Source of the DNA: a virus
Lineage: Duplodnaviria > Caudoviricetes
Length of the DNA: 44,768 bases
Virus record (IMG/VR): IMGVR_UViG_3300037424_000181
Span: 1-44,768 of that record
Reading direction: 5' to 3' (one strand)
Below, in pieces: positions 16,631 to 25,664 of the stretch. The position numbers were made by a program, and so were the translations under genes. Position 1 is the first letter of the stretch. Each line of letters begins with the position of its first letter. The notes beneath the pieces are model-generated. The model did no database searches. It was not told the origin of the DNA and saw only the letters and a list, made by a program, of their open reading frames with translations.

Positions 16631-16995
16631 TCCTGACCTTCCCCAAATTCCGCTACGTGCGCGACAAGAAGCTGATAGCGGCTTACCGCGCCATCCCCTG
16701 TCAGCACTGCGGCATTGACGATGGAACCGTTTGCGCAGCTCACAGCAACTGGGCCGTTCACGGTCATGGTCTTGGCATCAAGGCCAGCGATGACTACTGT
16801 GCGAGTCTCTGCGCTGCCTGTCATGTGCCAATTCTCGATCAGGGCTCAAAGCTGTCAGAACTGGAGCGCCAGGTGATGTGGTGGCTGGCCCACGTCAAAA
16901 CAATCGCCGAGCTGGTGCGCCGGGGCCTATGGCCCAAAGCCATCCGGGTGCCGGATACGGATCGCTGCCCATTTGATCTTGGAGTCTCAGCATGA
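16627..16995 (+). CDS. DUF968/DUF1364-like putative zinc nuclease
   Basis: PCQHCG...AAHSN...GLGIKASDD...LCAACH. Confidence 0.75.
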   Translation: MILTFPKFRYVRDKKLIAAYRAIPCQHCGIDDGTVCAAHSNWAVHGHGLGIKASDDYCASLCAACHVPILDQGSKLSELERQVMWWLAHVKTIAELVRRGLWPKAIRVPDTDRCPFDLGVSA

Positions 16996-17237
16996 AACAC
17001 CCCGCCTGCTTTACAGAATTTGAATACGCCGGTTGGCTCAAATCCGCCAGAGCAGCGGATTTCGCAGAAAGTCCATGCGACGACTGTACTGCCGCCTATT
17101 CTCAAAAGATGAGGAATGAAAAGCGGTGCGCCATGGCCGAGGTCCAGGTACTTTTTCAGCATCACCCGCATTCGAATTATGTGAAGAAGAATCAGGCGCT
17201 AGCCCCCGTGAACATTGCGCAAGCAGCTACTAATTAA
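16992..17237 (+). CDS. Hypothetical Cys-rich protein
   Basis: PACF...PCDDCT...RC; ATGA coupling. Confidence 0.65.
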   Translation: MKHPACFTEFEYAGWLKSARAADFAESPCDDCTAAYSQKMRNEKRCAMAEVQVLFQHHPHSNYVKKNQALAPVNIAQAATN

Positions 17238-17256
17238 ATAGCAAAAAAAGGAAACC

Positions 17257-17979
17257 ATGCTCAACACCCCGGAAAACCAAGCACCTACGGTCGAAGAGAT
17301 GTACGACAGCGCCACACATGCCAGTAATCTGCGCGTAGTGGCTGATCGCAACGGCCCAGGTGACCTATTAATAATCATGGGATGGAGCCAGAACTATGTA
17401 GGTGCTGCGCTGATGCGGCTGCAAAGCGAGTGGAATGGTGCAGCACACCCCATGCGTATGACAAGCGATCAGATTAAGCTGATGGCCACCACTTACCGCC
17501 GTGATGATGATGGTTTGGTGACGACGACCGAAGGCCTACACCTATTGCCGCTGGAGGTGGCGAAGCGTGACGCTAAAAATTGGTACATGCATGAGGTAAA
17601 AATTCTATTTGGAAAGCTGAAAAGCCTACCTTTAGCCCGCGACCATTTGGCCAGGTGGGCCCGTTTGCAGATGATCGACAATGCCGACCACCGCGTGGCC
17701 GAAATACTGCACTGGCACCTGGACCATAAATGCCCGGCGTGCGAGGGAAGAGGCAAGGAACTCATTCCCAATACGCCAATTCTGTCGCACAAGGATTGCA
17801 AGGTATGCCGCGGCACCAAGGAAACGCGTATCCCCCACCAGCAGGGAAATGAGCAGTACCTGCATGAAAGCAAGAAGATGCTGCGGTACATCAATGACTG
17901 CATCAAGACCGAGAAGACACGATTGAAACAGACACTGCCCAATCTTCGGCGGGTGAAGAGATTTGCCGAGGGCAGATAA
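17257..17979 (+). CDS. Q-like late antiterminator
   Basis: CPACEGRG...CKVCRGT zinc finger; last nin gene, directly before a strong promoter and terminator. Confidence 0.7.
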   Translation: MLNTPENQAPTVEEMYDSATHASNLRVVADRNGPGDLLIIMGWSQNYVGAALMRLQSEWNGAAHPMRMTSDQIKLMATTYRRDDDGLVTTTEGLHLLPLEVAKRDAKNWYMHEVKILFGKLKSLPLARDHLARWARLQMIDNADHRVAEILHWHLDHKCPACEGRGKELIPNTPILSHKDCKVCRGTKETRIPHQQGNEQYLHESKKMLRYINDCIKTEKTRLKQTLPNLRRVKRFAEGR

Positions 17980-18047
17980 ATCAACGATTGCGTCAAGACG
18001 TCGCGCACGGCGCTCAAGCAGAGACTGAGGCCGGGTAAAAAAACATC

Positions 18048-18076
18048 TTGACACACTTGATTTTTGGTGTTATCTT
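18048..18076 (+). promoter_or_regulatory. Late promoter pR' TTGACA-N17-TATCTT with extended -10 TG
   Basis: Near-consensus sigma70 promoter downstream of the Q-like gene. Confidence 0.8.
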
Positions 18077-18205
18077 GCGCACCGAGATGGACCAGTCTGC
18101 TTAGGCTGTCGCCCCTCACTAACGGCAAACGCCTACAAATTTGGTCGATGCTTAGCTTTAGCGGCATCTTCAGCAGTCAGTAGGACAGCCGCCTCTCGAA
18201 TTTCC

Positions 18206-18236
18206 AAAGCCAGCCTAAGTGCTGGCTTTCCTTTTT
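18206..18236 (+). terminator. tR'-like terminator
   Basis: AAAGCCAGC-N6-GCTGGCTTT-CCTTTTT. Confidence 0.7.
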
Positions 18237-18335
18237 CACCTCCCGAGACAGCCTCACACGCACACATACGCAGAGATGCCGCACTCGCGGAGGGGAATTC
18301 AATGGCATGGCACAGCGCCAGAAGCTGGCCAATCT

Positions 18336-18411
18336 GTATCGGTAGCTCAACTGGCAGAGCGTCGGTCTCCAAAGCCAAAGGTTGAGGGTTCGAGGCCTTC
18401 CCGGTATGCCA
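18336..18411 (+). tRNA. trnW: tRNA-Trp (CCA)
   Basis: 76-nt cloverleaf, anticodon loop CTCCAAA, T-loop TTCGAGG, G73, encoded CCA end. Confidence 0.92.
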
Positions 18412-18566
18412 TCCTTTCCCGTAAACCCGTCAAGCGACTGACACGCTGAGGTCGGGATAAATCTTCTTTTGCAGTGGATAGGCTGGCCAGCCGACAAGAA
18501 GCGATCACACCGCTTCTTCCATATGCTTTGTGTGTGGCCTTGCGGTAATCCGCGTGTGAGGGCAAT

Positions 18567-19013
18567 ATGATTTACGCAGTTCAAATTCTCAGGACCCAAT
18601 TTGTAAAGGTTGGGTTCTCACAGTATCCAGATGTGAAGAAAAGGATTGCGGAGCTTCAAACTGGTTGTCCGTTTGAAATTACACCCCTACTTTCGATTGA
18701 TGGGTCTCTGATTCAAGAAAAGGAGATTCATTCGGCATTGGATAAGGCTTTTGCGCAGATTAGGATTCCTGTTCCGCCAAATGAGTGGTACCCAGGTCGG
18801 CATCCATGGTTTCAAAGATTTCTGAATGAGTTGAAATTTGGAGTCAATGCAGCACTGGCATTTTGCGACGATTACAACTATCAAGGGATAAACAAGGGAA
18901 GTAGGCCTGAAGGTCCTGCGCGACAGGACTGGAAGCCGAATTTCAAATGGCCTGTTAAAGCTGAATTCTCTGAAGTGCGCATTTACGGTTCCAAAAACCG
19001 ACAAGCAGTCTGA
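18567..19013 (+). CDS. GIY-YIG-like (T5orf172/Mug113) nuclease
   Basis: IYAVQ...VKVGFS...KRIAELQTGCP...EKEIH...EWY. Confidence 0.82.
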   Translation: MIYAVQILRTQFVKVGFSQYPDVKKRIAELQTGCPFEITPLLSIDGSLIQEKEIHSALDKAFAQIRIPVPPNEWYPGRHPWFQRFLNELKFGVNAALAFCDDYNYQGINKGSRPEGPARQDWKPNFKWPVKAEFSEVRIYGSKNRQAV

Positions 19014-19155
19014 ACCGTTTCCCGCTCAGGGACGATGGCGAGGCAAAGTCGGCTTATTGCAGATGAGGCTAATCTGCTACAGCGGTAAGGGCCGGTGGAT
19101 GCTGTCAACTCCATGGCACGCCACCGGCACCGCCGCACACATACAGGCTCAATCC

Positions 19156-19314
19156 ATGGCGCCAAGCAAGCTAACCATCAAAGTCACCTTAGCCTGGTGG
19201 CTGCCCGTGTACGTCAGAGGCGTGGCCCTGATGTGCGCAATCACCGGACTTGAGCCTGATTGGGGTAGGGTGGAGCGAGTGGTACGCCGGGCTATGCGGG
19301 TCAAGATCAGGTGA
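19156..19314 (+). CDS. Small conserved phage protein preceding the packaging HNH
   Basis: AWWLPVYVRGVAL...TGLEPDW; GTGA coupling to the HNH gene. Confidence 0.6.
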   Translation: MAPSKLTIKVTLAWWLPVYVRGVALMCAITGLEPDWGRVERVVRRAMRVKIR

Positions 19315-19622
19315 GACTGACAACGCTAAAGCCCCGCCTGGCCACCCTGAACACCCAACGCCTGATGGCTCAACCCGTCGAAGTAGAGCGCCTGCGCGGT
19401 AGGGCAGCCGTAGACCGGCGCACCAAGTGGCTCACGGCTCACCCGCTGTGCGTGATGTGCGAGGCTGAAGGCAGGGTCACAGCAGCTGATGTTGTTGATC
19501 ACATCGTCCCGCTTTGGGATGGTGGCCAGGACATCGATAGCAACCTGCAGAGCCTATGCCAGACGCCACACCACGATGCCAAGAGCAAGGCAGAGGCGGC
19601 TAAGAGGTCGCGCGGTGGGTAG
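19311..19622 (+). CDS. Terminase-associated HNH protein (HK97 gp74-like)
   Basis: PLCVMCE...VVDHIVPLWDGG...NLQSLC..HHDAKS, upstream of terS. Confidence 0.88.
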   Translation: MRLTTLKPRLATLNTQRLMAQPVEVERLRGRAAVDRRTKWLTAHPLCVMCEAEGRVTAADVVDHIVPLWDGGQDIDSNLQSLCQTPHHDAKSKAEAAKRSRGG

Positions 19623-19689
19623 CTTTGTCATACCTGACGGCGACACAGGACGCGGCTGTGGACATGGATGGCTGTGGACAGAGGCGCAC

Positions 19690-19765
19690 CACCAGGGGGG
19701 GCGGGTCAAAGTTCGGGGGTCTGGGGGATGGAAACCGCACGTCATCCCACGGACAGACAATTTTC
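19690..19765 (+). other. Probable cos packaging region
   Basis: G-run GGGGGGGCGGGTCAAAGT...GGAAACCG... between HNH and terS, as in HK97-type cos phages; cut site not determinable. Confidence 0.5.
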
Positions 19766-19789
19766 CCGTTTTCAAATAGGAATCATCAA

Positions 19790-20128
19790 ATGGCAGGCGT
19801 CAAAGGTCGGAGCGGAGGTGCAAGAAAAGGCACTGGAGGCGCACGGCCTGGGGCTGGGCGCAAGAAAAAGGCGCCTGCTACGGAATCATCAAAAGCGCCC
19901 GTCCAGATTGACGACTGCGACATGCTCAAGCTGTTGCAAGATGTTGCGCTTGGCCGCGTCCAGGCCAGCACTATCCAGGTTCGGGCTGCCATCGCCGCGG
20001 TCCAGTACACGCACACCAAGCGCGGTGACGGAGGGAAAAAGGAAGAGGTGGCAGGCAAGGCGAAAACAGCCGGACAAGGAAAATTCAAGCCGTCACCGAC
20101 CCCGCTCAAGCTGGTAGGCGCGAAGTAA
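19790..20128 (+). CDS. terS: Terminase small subunit
   Basis: GGARPGAGRK N-terminus; abuts terL. Confidence 0.8.
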   Translation: MAGVKGRSGGARKGTGGARPGAGRKKKAPATESSKAPVQIDDCDMLKLLQDVALGRVQASTIQVRAAIAAVQYTHTKRGDGGKKEEVAGKAKTAGQGKFKPSPTPLKLVGAK

Positions 20129-21811
20129 ATGCCTGAGTGGACTACAGCTTGCCCTGATTGGGCGGCGAAGCTGCGCGCGGGCGAGTCCATCATTCCGCCG
20201 CCGATCTTTCCAGAGCATGCCGCAAAGGCACTGGATGTATTCAAGGAGCTTCGGATCGTTGATGCACCTGGCAGCCCAACTTTTGGAGAATCTTGCGACC
20301 AGTGGGTATTTGATATCGTAGCTTCAATCTTTGGGGCCTACGATTCCCGGCGCGACTCACCAACTGAAGGACGGAGGCTGATTACGGAATGGTTCATCCT
20401 GGTGCCGAAGAAGAACAGCAAATCTACCATCGCGGCCGGCATCATGATGACGGCACTGATTCTTAATTGGCGCCAGTCGGCTGAATTCTCGATCCTGGCC
20501 CCAACAATCGAAATCGCGAACAACAGCTACGGCCCGGCGCGCGACATGTGCGCTGAGAGGACTGATGAAGAGTTATCAGCCTTGATGTTGGCCCAAGCCC
20601 ACGTCAAGACGATTACCAACCGCGATAGCGGGGCGACCTTGAAGGTTTTGGCTGCGGACAACAACACGGTCGGCGGTAAAAAGGGCGTTGGAACCCTGAT
20701 CGATGAGCTCTGGCTATTCGGAAAGATGGCCAATGCGGAGAATATGTTGCGCGAGGCAACTGGCGGGTTAGCCAGTCGGCCCGAAGGCTTCACCATCTTT
20801 CTGACAACGCAGTCAGACGACCCGCCAGCCGGTGTTTTCAGGCAGAAATTGCAGTATGCGCGTGACGTGCGCGACGGAAAAGTCATAGATCCCCGGTTTG
20901 TGCCGATCATCTATGAGTTTCCCGACGACATGATCAGGGCCGGCGAGCACCGCGACCCGAAAAACTTTGAAATGGTTAACCCCAATATGGGGTATTCGGT
21001 AGACCGTGAATTCCTTGAAAGGGAGTTTCAGAAGGCGCAAAACGACGGTGAAGAGTCAATGCGCGGCTTCCTGGCCAAACACCTGAACGTCGAAATCGGC
21101 CTAGCCCTGCGCTCAGACCGCTGGGCCGGCGCCGATTTTTGGGAATCTTGCGCTATCAAGTGCCTGACGCTGGATGAGCTGCTTGACCGCTCAGAAGTCG
21201 TTGACGTCGGCGTGGACGGCGGCGGGCTGGATGACTTGCTGGGCCTGGCCGCAGTAGGGCGGTGCAAGGTGACGCGCAAGTGGCTGATCTGGACCAAAGC
21301 CTGGGCCCACCCGTCCGTGCTGGAGCGGCGCAAGTCCGAAGCGGCACGCTTTCACGACTTCGCCAAGGCCGGCGACCTGGTGCTGGTCAAACAGATTGGC
21401 GACGACGTGATCGAGGTTGCAGAGTTGGTGGCCCGCGTTGAAGCCTCTGGCCTGCTGGACAAGGTGGGTGCCGATCCGGCCGGCCTGGGCGGCATCCTGG
21501 ACGCACTGGTCGAGGCCGAAGTGCCACAAGACAAGATCGTCGGCATATCGCAAGGCTGGCGCCTTGGCGGCGCCATCAAGACCCTTGAACGCAAGCTGGC
21601 CGAAGGCGGCGTCGAGCACGGTGGCCAGACCCTGATGAACTGGTGTGTCGGAAACGCCCGCGTCGAGCCCCGCGGCAACGCCATCCTGATCACCAAGCAA
21701 GCCTCTGGCACAGCCAAGATTGACCCCCTGATGGCCACCTTCAATGCCGTTTCTCTCATGGCGCTGAACCCCGCCGCAACAGGCAGCAAGTTTCAAATGT
21801 TCGTGGTCTGA
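20129..21811 (+). CDS. terL: Terminase large subunit
   Basis: Walker A VPKKNSKST, Walker B LIDELW, GVDGGGLDD, KIDPLMATFNA. Confidence 0.95.
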   Translation: MPEWTTACPDWAAKLRAGESIIPPPIFPEHAAKALDVFKELRIVDAPGSPTFGESCDQWVFDIVASIFGAYDSRRDSPTEGRRLITEWFILVPKKNSKSTIAAGIMMTALILNWRQSAEFSILAPTIEIANNSYGPARDMCAERTDEELSALMLAQAHVKTITNRDSGATLKVLAADNNTVGGKKGVGTLIDELWLFGKMANAENMLREATGGLASRPEGFTIFLTTQSDDPPAGVFRQKLQYARDVRDGKVIDPRFVPIIYEFPDDMIRAGEHRDPKNFEMVNPNMGYSVDREFLEREFQKAQNDGEESMRGFLAKHLNVEIGLALRSDRWAGADFWESCAIKCLTLDELLDRSEVVDVGVDGGGLDDLLGLAAVGRCKVTRKWLIWTKAWAHPSVLERRKSEAARFHDFAKAGDLVLVKQIGDDVIEVAELVARVEASGLLDKVGADPAGLGGILDALVEAEVPQDKIVGISQGWRLGGAIKTLERKLAEGGVEHGGQTLMNWCVGNARVEPRGNAILITKQASGTAKIDPLMATFNAVSLMALNPAATGSKFQMFVV

Positions 21812-21831
21812 CGCCGCGACGACTCACCCTC

Positions 21832-21855
21832 AAGCCCGCCCCGTGCGGGCTTTTT
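21832..21855 (+). terminator. Intrinsic terminator-like hairpin after terL
   Basis: AAGCCCGC-N5-GCGGGCTT-TTT. Confidence 0.65.
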
Positions 21856-21868
21856 CATTGGAGCTTCT

Positions 21869-23848
21869 ATGAACCGCGCATATTCCACCCTCGATATCAA
21901 AGCTGTCACCGATTCCGGCGGCAAACGAACCTTCACCGGCATTGCATCCACGCCCAGCACCGACCGCATGGGCGATGTTGTTGAGCCCAAGGGCGCGCAG
22001 TTTAAGCTGCCGATCCCGCTCTTGTGGCAGCACGACAGCCGCCAGCCCATTGGATGGATCACGTCTGCCAAGGTGACTGACAAGGGCATCGAGGTACAGG
22101 GCGAGGTCGCCGACGTCGAGGAAGACGGCGCACTCAAACAGCGCCTGACCGACGCCTGGCAAATGCTCAAGGCCAAACTGGTGCGCGGCCTGTCCATCGG
22201 CTTCAACTCCATCGAATCAGCCCGCATCGACGGCACCTACGGCCTCAAATTTATCAAGTGGGAATGGCTTGAGCTCAGCTGCGTGACCATCGCCGCGAAT
22301 CAAGAAGCCTCCATCACCGCAATCAAGTCGGTTGACGACGCACTGCTGGCCGCGTCAGGCCGTGAGCAGCAGCGAAGTCAGCGACATGACCCAGCCCCCG
22401 GCGCTTCGGGGACCAAGCAGCAGCCCGCCTCAAGCGGGTTTTTTTTCGCCCGAAGCCTGAAAGGCACTGAAATGAAAACTCTTCAAGAACTGCGCGAGAT
22501 GCGCACCCAGAAGGCAGCTCGCATGAACGAGTTGCTGGAAACCTGCAAAGCAGCCGGCAACGACATGGACGACGCTGAATCCAGCGAGTTCGACACCCTC
22601 GAATTGGAAGTCAAGCAACTGGACGGCGAGATTCGCCAGAAGCGCTTCGACACGTTGAACGCATCCACCGCCAAGGGTGTTGATGGTTCCAGCGCCGCAG
22701 CCGCCTCGCGCAGCCGTGGCCCGACGATCATCGTCAAAGGCTCTGATGCCGATGAGAAATTCAAAGGACAGAACTTCACCCGCATGGTGATTGCTAAGGC
22801 GTTCGCCCACATGGAGCTCATGAAGGGGAACCATGTGCCCGCGTCCGCCATCGCCGAGATGCGCTGGGGCAAGAGCAACCCGACTCTGGTTCGCCTGATG
22901 AAGACGAACGAAATCGCTGGCGGCGGCTCTGGCTCTGGCGAATGGGGTGCTGAACTGGTGCAGGCTGATGCGCGCTACACCGGCGACTTCATTGAGTTCC
23001 TGACCTCCAAGACCGTCTACGACAAGCTGTCCCTGCGCCAGATCCCGGCCAACGTCACCATCAAGGGCCAGGATGGCACCGCGACCGGTTACTGGGTCGG
23101 TCAATCGAAGCCGATTCCGGTCAGTGCCGCCGACTTCTCGACGGTCACACTGTCGCCGCTCAAAGTCGCCGCGCTGGCAGTCGTCTCCAATGAGTTGCTG
23201 CGCGACTCCAGCCCAGCCGCTGAAATGCTGGTGCGCGACGCCCTGGTGGATGCAAGTTCGCAGCGCATCGACACCACGTTCCTGTCGGCTACTGCAGCCT
23301 CGTCTGGCGTGTCCCCGGCTGGCCTGCTGAACGGCCTGACGCCGATTGCCTCCGCTGGCGTCGATGCCGCTGGCCTGCGCGCCGACATCAAGGCGCTGTA
23401 TCGCCCATTCATCACCGCGAAGAACGTCGATGGCCTGCAACTGGTCATGCACCCGGCGCAAGCCAAGGCGCTGTCCTTGCTGGTCAACGCACTGGGTCAG
23501 CCGGAATTCCCCGGTTTGACTGTCAACGGCGGCACGCTGCTGGGTGACACCGTGGTGACTGGCGACAACGTGGACGGCGGCAGCATCATCCTGCTCAAGC
23601 CGAGCGACATCTACCGCATCGGCGATACCGGCGTGGAAGTGTCGATGAGCCGCGAAGCCATGATCGAGCAGTCCACCGCCCCGAGTGGCGCGACTGACAC
23701 GCCCGTGGCTGCCGGTCAGTATATGACCAGCATGTTCCAGTCCGAATCAACCGCCATCAAGGTGGTGCGCTCCATCAACTTCGCCAAACGTCGTTCGACC
23801 GCTGTGGCTTACATCAACAACGCTGACTACGACGGCATCGAGAGCTGA
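21869..23848 (+). CDS. HK97-type prohead protease / major capsid protein fusion
   Basis: Protease motifs DRMGDVVEP, LLWQHD, GLSIGF, ELSCVTIAAN; then a coiled-coil delta domain and HK97 capsid. Confidence 0.92.
   Translation: MNRAYSTLDIKAVTDSGGKRTFTGIASTPSTDRMGDVVEPKGAQFKLPIPLLWQHDSRQPIGWITSAKVTDKGIEVQGEVADVEEDGALKQRLTDAWQMLKAKLVRGLSIGFNSIESARIDGTYGLKFIKWEWLELSCVTIAANQEASITAIKSVDDALLAASGREQQRSQRHDPAPGASGTKQQPASSGFFFARSLKGTEMKTLQELREMRTQKAARMNELLETCKAAGNDMDDAESSEFDTLELEVKQLDGEIRQKRFDTLNASTAKGVDGSSAAAASRSRGPTIIVKGSDADEKFKGQNFTRMVIAKAFAHMELMKGNHVPASAIAEMRWGKSNPTLVRLMKTNEIAGGGSGSGEWGAELVQADARYTGDFIEFLTSKTVYDKLSLRQIPANVTIKGQDGTATGYWVGQSKPIPVSAADFSTVTLSPLKVAALAVVSNELLRDSSPAAEMLVRDALVDASSQRIDTTFLSATAASSGVSPAGLLNGLTPIASAGVDAAGLRADIKALYRPFITAKNVDGLQLVMHPAQAKALSLLVNALGQPEFPGLTVNGGTLLGDTVVTGDNVDGGSIILLKPSDIYRIGDTGVEVSMSREAMIEQSTAPSGATDTPVAAGQYMTSMFQSESTAIKVVRSINFAKRRSTAVAYINNADYDGIES
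22424..22446 (+). terminator. Terminator-like hairpin inside the protease-capsid ORF
   Basis: CCCGC-CTCAA-GCGGG-T8. Confidence 0.55.
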
Positions 23849-23868
23849 TCTGGTTGATGTGTGACACA

Positions 23869-23900
23869 AGCCCCGGCCTTTACTGGCTGGGGCTCTTTTT
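23869..23900 (+). terminator. Terminator after the capsid gene
   Basis: AGCCCCGGCC...GGCTGGGGCT-CTTTTT. Confidence 0.65.
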
Positions 23901-23910
23901 GGAGACAGAT

Positions 23911-24261
23911 ATGGAATTTGTGACCACCAAGCAGCACCGCTACCGCGGCAAGATACAGAAAGTCGGCGACAAATACGAGATCGCAGGCAAGTCCGATGCG
24001 CGGCTGGTGCAGGCCTTGGGCTGGTCGATTCCGGCGCCTGTGATCGTTGCGCCCGTCGCCCCGGTTGTCGTAGCCAAGGTGCCGGCCCCGGCCCGCGTGG
24101 CTTATGTTTCGCGTATTGCGGCTCCTGCGCCCGTCGTGATCGAGCCGCCTGCTGAGCCAGTGGCCGAGGTGGCCGCAGAGTCCATAGGCGATATTGAGCC
24201 CGTCGCCGACACCGACAAACCCAAGCGCGCCTACAAACGGCGTGACCTGAGCGCAGAATGA
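23911..24261 (+). CDS. Small head-associated protein, Pro/Ala/Val-rich with a basic C-terminus
   Basis: GGAG RBS; KPKRAYKRRD tail; located between capsid and portal genes. Confidence 0.7.
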   Translation: MEFVTTKQHRYRGKIQKVGDKYEIAGKSDARLVQALGWSIPAPVIVAPVAPVVVAKVPAPARVAYVSRIAAPAPVVIEPPAEPVAEVAAESIGDIEPVADTDKPKRAYKRRDLSAE

Positions 24262-25664
24262 AATTCACCGTGCCCGCCGTCGTCTCCCGCATGGCCGGGG
24301 CACTCGCGCGCGTCTTCAAAGCGCCGTCGTCGCTGTCCGGCGTGAATGATCGCGGCGGCTGGATTACCTTGATTGGTGAGTCGTTCAGCGGCGCCTGGCA
24401 GAGCAATGTCGAGGTGCGGCAGGATTTGGTGATGGCTCAAACGACCGTGTTCGCCTGCATCACGCTGATCGCGTCCGACATCGGAAAACTGCGCCTGAAA
24501 TTGATGCAGCAGAACCCCGGCGGAATTTGGGACGAGATCACCAGCCCGGCATTCTCCCCCGTGCTGCGCAAGCAAAACCGCTACCAGACGCGGCAAAAAT
24601 TTATTGAGCAATGGCTGGTGTCGAAACTCAGTCACGGCAACACCTACGTATTGAAGGAGCGCGACAATCGCGGCGTGGTGGTCGGCCTCTACGTGCTGGA
24701 TCCGAACCGCGTAAAACCCCTGGTAGCGCAAGATGGCTCGGTCTATTACCAGTTGCAGGAAGATGACATCTCGCATGTGCCCGATGGCCTGGAAGCCATC
24801 CCCGCCAGCGAAATCATTCACGACCGCATGGTTTGTCTGTTTCACCCGCTGGTCGGCGTGTCGCCCATCTTCGCCTGCGGACTGGCCGCCACGCAAGCCC
24901 TGAAGATCCAGCAGAACAGCGCCAAGTTTTTCGAGAATATGAGCCAGCCCGGCGGCGTGCTGACCGCGCCCGGGCAGATCAGCGATGCCACTGCCGAGCG
25001 CATCAAGAAGCACTGGGAAGCCAATTACGCCGGCAACAACAGCGGCAAGGTGGCCGTCGTCGGCGACGGCCTCAAATATGAGGCGATGGCCGTCAACGCC
25101 GTGGATGCCCAACTGGTCGAGCAACTGAAGATGTCGGCTGAACAGGTGTGCTCTGTTTTCCACGTCCCCGCCTATATGGTGGGCGCCGCTCCAGCGCCAG
25201 CCTACAACAACATCGAGGCGTTGCAACTGCAGTACTACAGCCAGTGCCTGCAAGCGCTGATTGAGTCGGCCGAGGCTTGCCTGGATGAAGGCCTGGGCCT
25301 GGTTGATGTGCCCGGCAAGACCATGGGCACCGAGTTTGAACTGGACGACTTGCTGCGCATGGATCAGGCCACGTTGACCGAATCGCTGTCAAAGCTTGTC
25401 GCAGGCTCGATTTCGACGCCAAACGAAGCCCGCCGGCGCATGAACAAACCCCCATTGCCTGGTGGCGACACGATTTACATGCAACAGCAGAACTACTCGC
25501 TCGATGCGCTCAACAAGCGCGACACGGGCGCTGATCCATTCGGCAAGACTCCGGCCACTCCAGCGCCAGCAGCGCCACCACCCACGCCAGCCGAGGCAGC
25601 AGCCAAAGCCGCCGACCAAACACGCGCGCTGATCGCCAGAGCGAGAAAGTCACTCAATGTTTGA
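24258..25664 (+). CDS. Portal protein (HK97 family)
   Basis: VFACITLIASDIGKL, GNTYV, EIIHDR, GVSPI, FHVPAYMVG, TPNEARR. Confidence 0.95.
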   Translation: MKFTVPAVVSRMAGALARVFKAPSSLSGVNDRGGWITLIGESFSGAWQSNVEVRQDLVMAQTTVFACITLIASDIGKLRLKLMQQNPGGIWDEITSPAFSPVLRKQNRYQTRQKFIEQWLVSKLSHGNTYVLKERDNRGVVVGLYVLDPNRVKPLVAQDGSVYYQLQEDDISHVPDGLEAIPASEIIHDRMVCLFHPLVGVSPIFACGLAATQALKIQQNSAKFFENMSQPGGVLTAPGQISDATAERIKKHWEANYAGNNSGKVAVVGDGLKYEAMAVNAVDAQLVEQLKMSAEQVCSVFHVPAYMVGAAPAPAYNNIEALQLQYYSQCLQALIESAEACLDEGLGLVDVPGKTMGTEFELDDLLRMDQATLTESLSKLVAGSISTPNEARRRMNKPPLPGGDTIYMQQQNYSLDALNKRDTGADPFGKTPATPAPAAPPPTPAEAAAKAADQTRALIARARKSLNV

